DNA of 63,386 nucleotides, counting the filler, from Chiloscyllium plagiosum (Eukaryota), in assembly GCF_004010195.1 (NCBI RefSeq). It is 5 parts of one record of this genome, joined end to end, with 100 filler letters (N's around TTAATTAATTAA, not from the genome) between each part and the next. Parts side by side here need not be neighbours in the genome. Positions count along the whole stretch, not along the records: positions 60,035 to 63,386 come from NC_057717.1; 4 more parts are not named here. One strand, 5' to 3'. The notes under the pieces were generated by a model. The model ran no database searches. It was given only the letters and a program-made list of their open reading frames with translations, and was not told the origin of the DNA. Every line of letters begins with the position of its first letter. Position 1 is the first letter of the stretch. Both the position numbers and the translations under genes were made by a program. This document shows, one piece after another, positions 60,997 through 63,386 of the stretch.

Positions 60997-61589
60997 AACA
61001 AAAACTTCCACCTAGACAGGGGGCGAACAGAACCATAGCAACGAGCACCCGAGCTACAAACCTTCTCACAAACTTTGAATACTTTCAAAAATCATGGAAT
61101 AACAATGGCTTGTGAGAAGGGCACAAGAGTGAGCAATCTTTGGATGCATATTGGCTTAATTCATCAATTTGGCAAGGGTAGCCTCAAATAACGATGCGCA
61201 GAATGTTTGAGGGATTATTTCTTAGAACAACAAAACAGAAAACTGGCTTTTAGATTTGGTGTGAATAATGAGGAAGGAGTAATAAATCATCTTTTCGTAG
61301 AGGATCCTCTAGAAGGACTGACCGTAACATGCTGGAGTTTCACATTCAGATTCAAAGATACAAGGGTTTTAGTATCGGGCAGTGATAATAATGTGGAAGG
61401 ATTGGCCTGAGTGGATTCGAAAAAAATAACATTGAAGGGCAGAATATTTGAAGAACAATGGCAAATACTTAGGAAGATAGTAAAAACACATCAATTAAAG
61501 TTTATCCCTGAGTGGAAGAGGAATTATAAAAAAAGATAAAACGTCATTCATACCTTAACAAAGAAGACTATGATAAGATGAAAGTGATG

Positions 61590-61740
61590 TCCTGGTGGTA
61601 TTATCGCCAACTGCTGATTCAGCGATCAAGATAATATTCTAGGAACTCAGATTCAAATGCCGGCACTGCAAATGCTGGAATCTAAATTCAACATAAATCT
61701 GCAATTAAGCTTTACCGATTAATGGTGAGATCACTTTCAC
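61590..61740 (+). mobile_element. Old tRNA-derived SINE remnant
   Basis: gtggtattatc...ataatattctaggaactcagattcaaatgcc...ggaatctaaattcaa...aatctgcaattaag. Confidence 0.4.
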
Positions 61741-63386
61741 TTCAAAATTATGTCTCCTTCATATTGAGCATTCGAGTAAGGGTACGAGCTGCTCTCTGTT
61801 CAAACTGTCCATAAACCTCAAGCTCTTAAATGCCTCAATCAGGAACCCCTCTCAAACTGCTCTGCTTCAAAAACATCTAACCCCTCATCATAGTTTGAGT
61901 ACTCTCTCTTGTCTTGTTACTTCTGAAATTTATCACCTCACGTTTATCAGTCAAATCACATCAGCCATTGATCTAGCCACCTGAACAAACCATTTATATC
62001 ATCTTTAAACTAGCATGTTCCTCCTCACTGTGAACCACCCACCTAACCTTTGTGTCATCCATAACATTATTTGTCATTCCCCCAAAATCCATCCCTCACA
62101 TTCTCATCACCATCAATTTTGAAGCTCACAGATAAGACTTGACTTATTTCTCCTGTTCTTCAGATGTTGTTCAAAGGAGAAGAATTAAGAATTCCAGTCT
62201 CTTGTTCTTCCTATTTTTGGTGAATTTACAGCGTGATGCAGTTGAGGTCTTTTTATGAGAGAGCCACAGATTTGTTTTGGACATGTAGCTGAATTCTCCT
62301 TTTATACTATTTTTCTCTGTATGTTTTATTCATAATGCTTGCATGTGTTTAATATTGGACTAGGTCGGGCTTACTTCGTCTGCAACATTTGTATTTTACG
62401 TGGACCTGGATAATGTCCTTTGTAACATTCCCTGCAATACTCAGAGCTGAAGGAATTTTTCATCTGCAGGATGGGCACAGGCTCATATGATTGCTTAAAA
62501 GAGCTGGAGAGATGAGAATAAAGATTCAATTAAATGCTGCACATATACACACGGTAGGAGATCAAATCGTATCGCCAATTCTACCTTGCATTTGAAACAA
62601 ATTATTAGAACATATGCCCACTCTTCTTTAAATTGTAAAAACAAGTTTTAATACGTGTTCTTAGAGCAGTATGGATCTTACAGCCGCTCGTGGGATTGCA
62701 AGCATAATTAAAGATTAATTATAGTTTTTTATTCAATTTAATGTAGTTCATATTGTTTATTAATATAAGATTATTTTCCATTTTGTTTTATTAAAATTCA
62801 AAACCAAACCAAAAAATACAAGCAAAATAATCGTTTTTTCGAACGAACATTGTTTTAACGAGCTTTTCAAAGAGCGGGAGGTGGGGGGGGATCTACAAAA
62901 CAAACTAGTAAAGTCTACATATGTTTCAAAAGTCTGCTTAGTTTTAAATGCAAACATTTTTTTTGTTTCAAAAACTATTTTTAAATAGGAAGATGTGCCT
63001 TTATTCTGGAGAGTCCTACACGCGTTCAGCTCTGGAGAAGACTTTTTTCTTCGAGAAATTTATTGAAGAGGAATATTTTTGTTGAGTTGGTTTTCCAAAT
63101 GGTTGATTTTAATTATTTTTAATATGTTTGATAAGTATACGGATGTATTTTCTATTTTAATGTCATGAAAAATTCTGTTTATAGGCATAATAATATTAAG
63201 GCCATATATATAAGTTAGAGAGGGAGATAGCTGGAAGTTGTTATGCAGCAAAGTCAGTCAGATAGATGGGTGACTGTCAGGACAGGTAAGAAGGTAGTTC
63301 AACAATCTCCGGTGGCTATTCCTCTATCAAACAGATGTCCAGCTTTTGGAACTGATGAAGGGGTTAGTCTCTCTGAGGAAAATGGA

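Larger units (their letters stand above)
60034..61079 (-). mobile_element. Young Penelope element 5' end: ORF start and pLTR on -, preceded by an inverted 3'-end/pLTR copy on +
   Basis: Minus strand near the gap reads HTWVKNLSHRQLTDTE (Penelope N-terminal VxNLS motif); plus ORF RIHEHQLATKRHDQLSLVATH...HEFDWDNTTII...REFLEAWH (GIY-YIG C-terminus); inverted repeats 60499-60638 and 60933-61079. Confidence 0.9.

Noticed and set aside
63352..63386. CTGATGA...GAAA hammerhead-like words at the window end
   Set aside because: Stem II is not convincingly paired and no NUH or stem I is visible

Overview
Eukaryotic, repeat-dense genomic DNA, most likely from a shark or ray (inferred from HE1-type SINEs, the CR1/HER1-type LINEs that share their 3' tail, and familiar shark Penelope-like termini). 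I find no intact host protein-coding gene. The window holds nested CR1 LINE fragments, tRNA-derived SINEs and at least three Penelope-like element (PLE) families, several of which form fold-back insertions carrying minimal hammerhead-ribozyme cores. It also holds a probable solo LTR and several mini/microsatellites. Between about 11 and 50 kb lies a decayed cluster of roughly 20 tRNA pseudogenes (Leu, three Val, Arg, intron-containing Ile, His, Ser, Glu, Thr and weaker ones) with three C2H2 zinc-finger pseudogenes. The cluster was built by one recent direct segmental duplication (~10.9-24.3 kb vs ~39.0-49.9 kb) and two older ones, one of them inverted. Four 100-nt gaps contain an artificial TTAATTAATTAA spacer. 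All alignments were done by eye, so boundaries of old elements are approximate.
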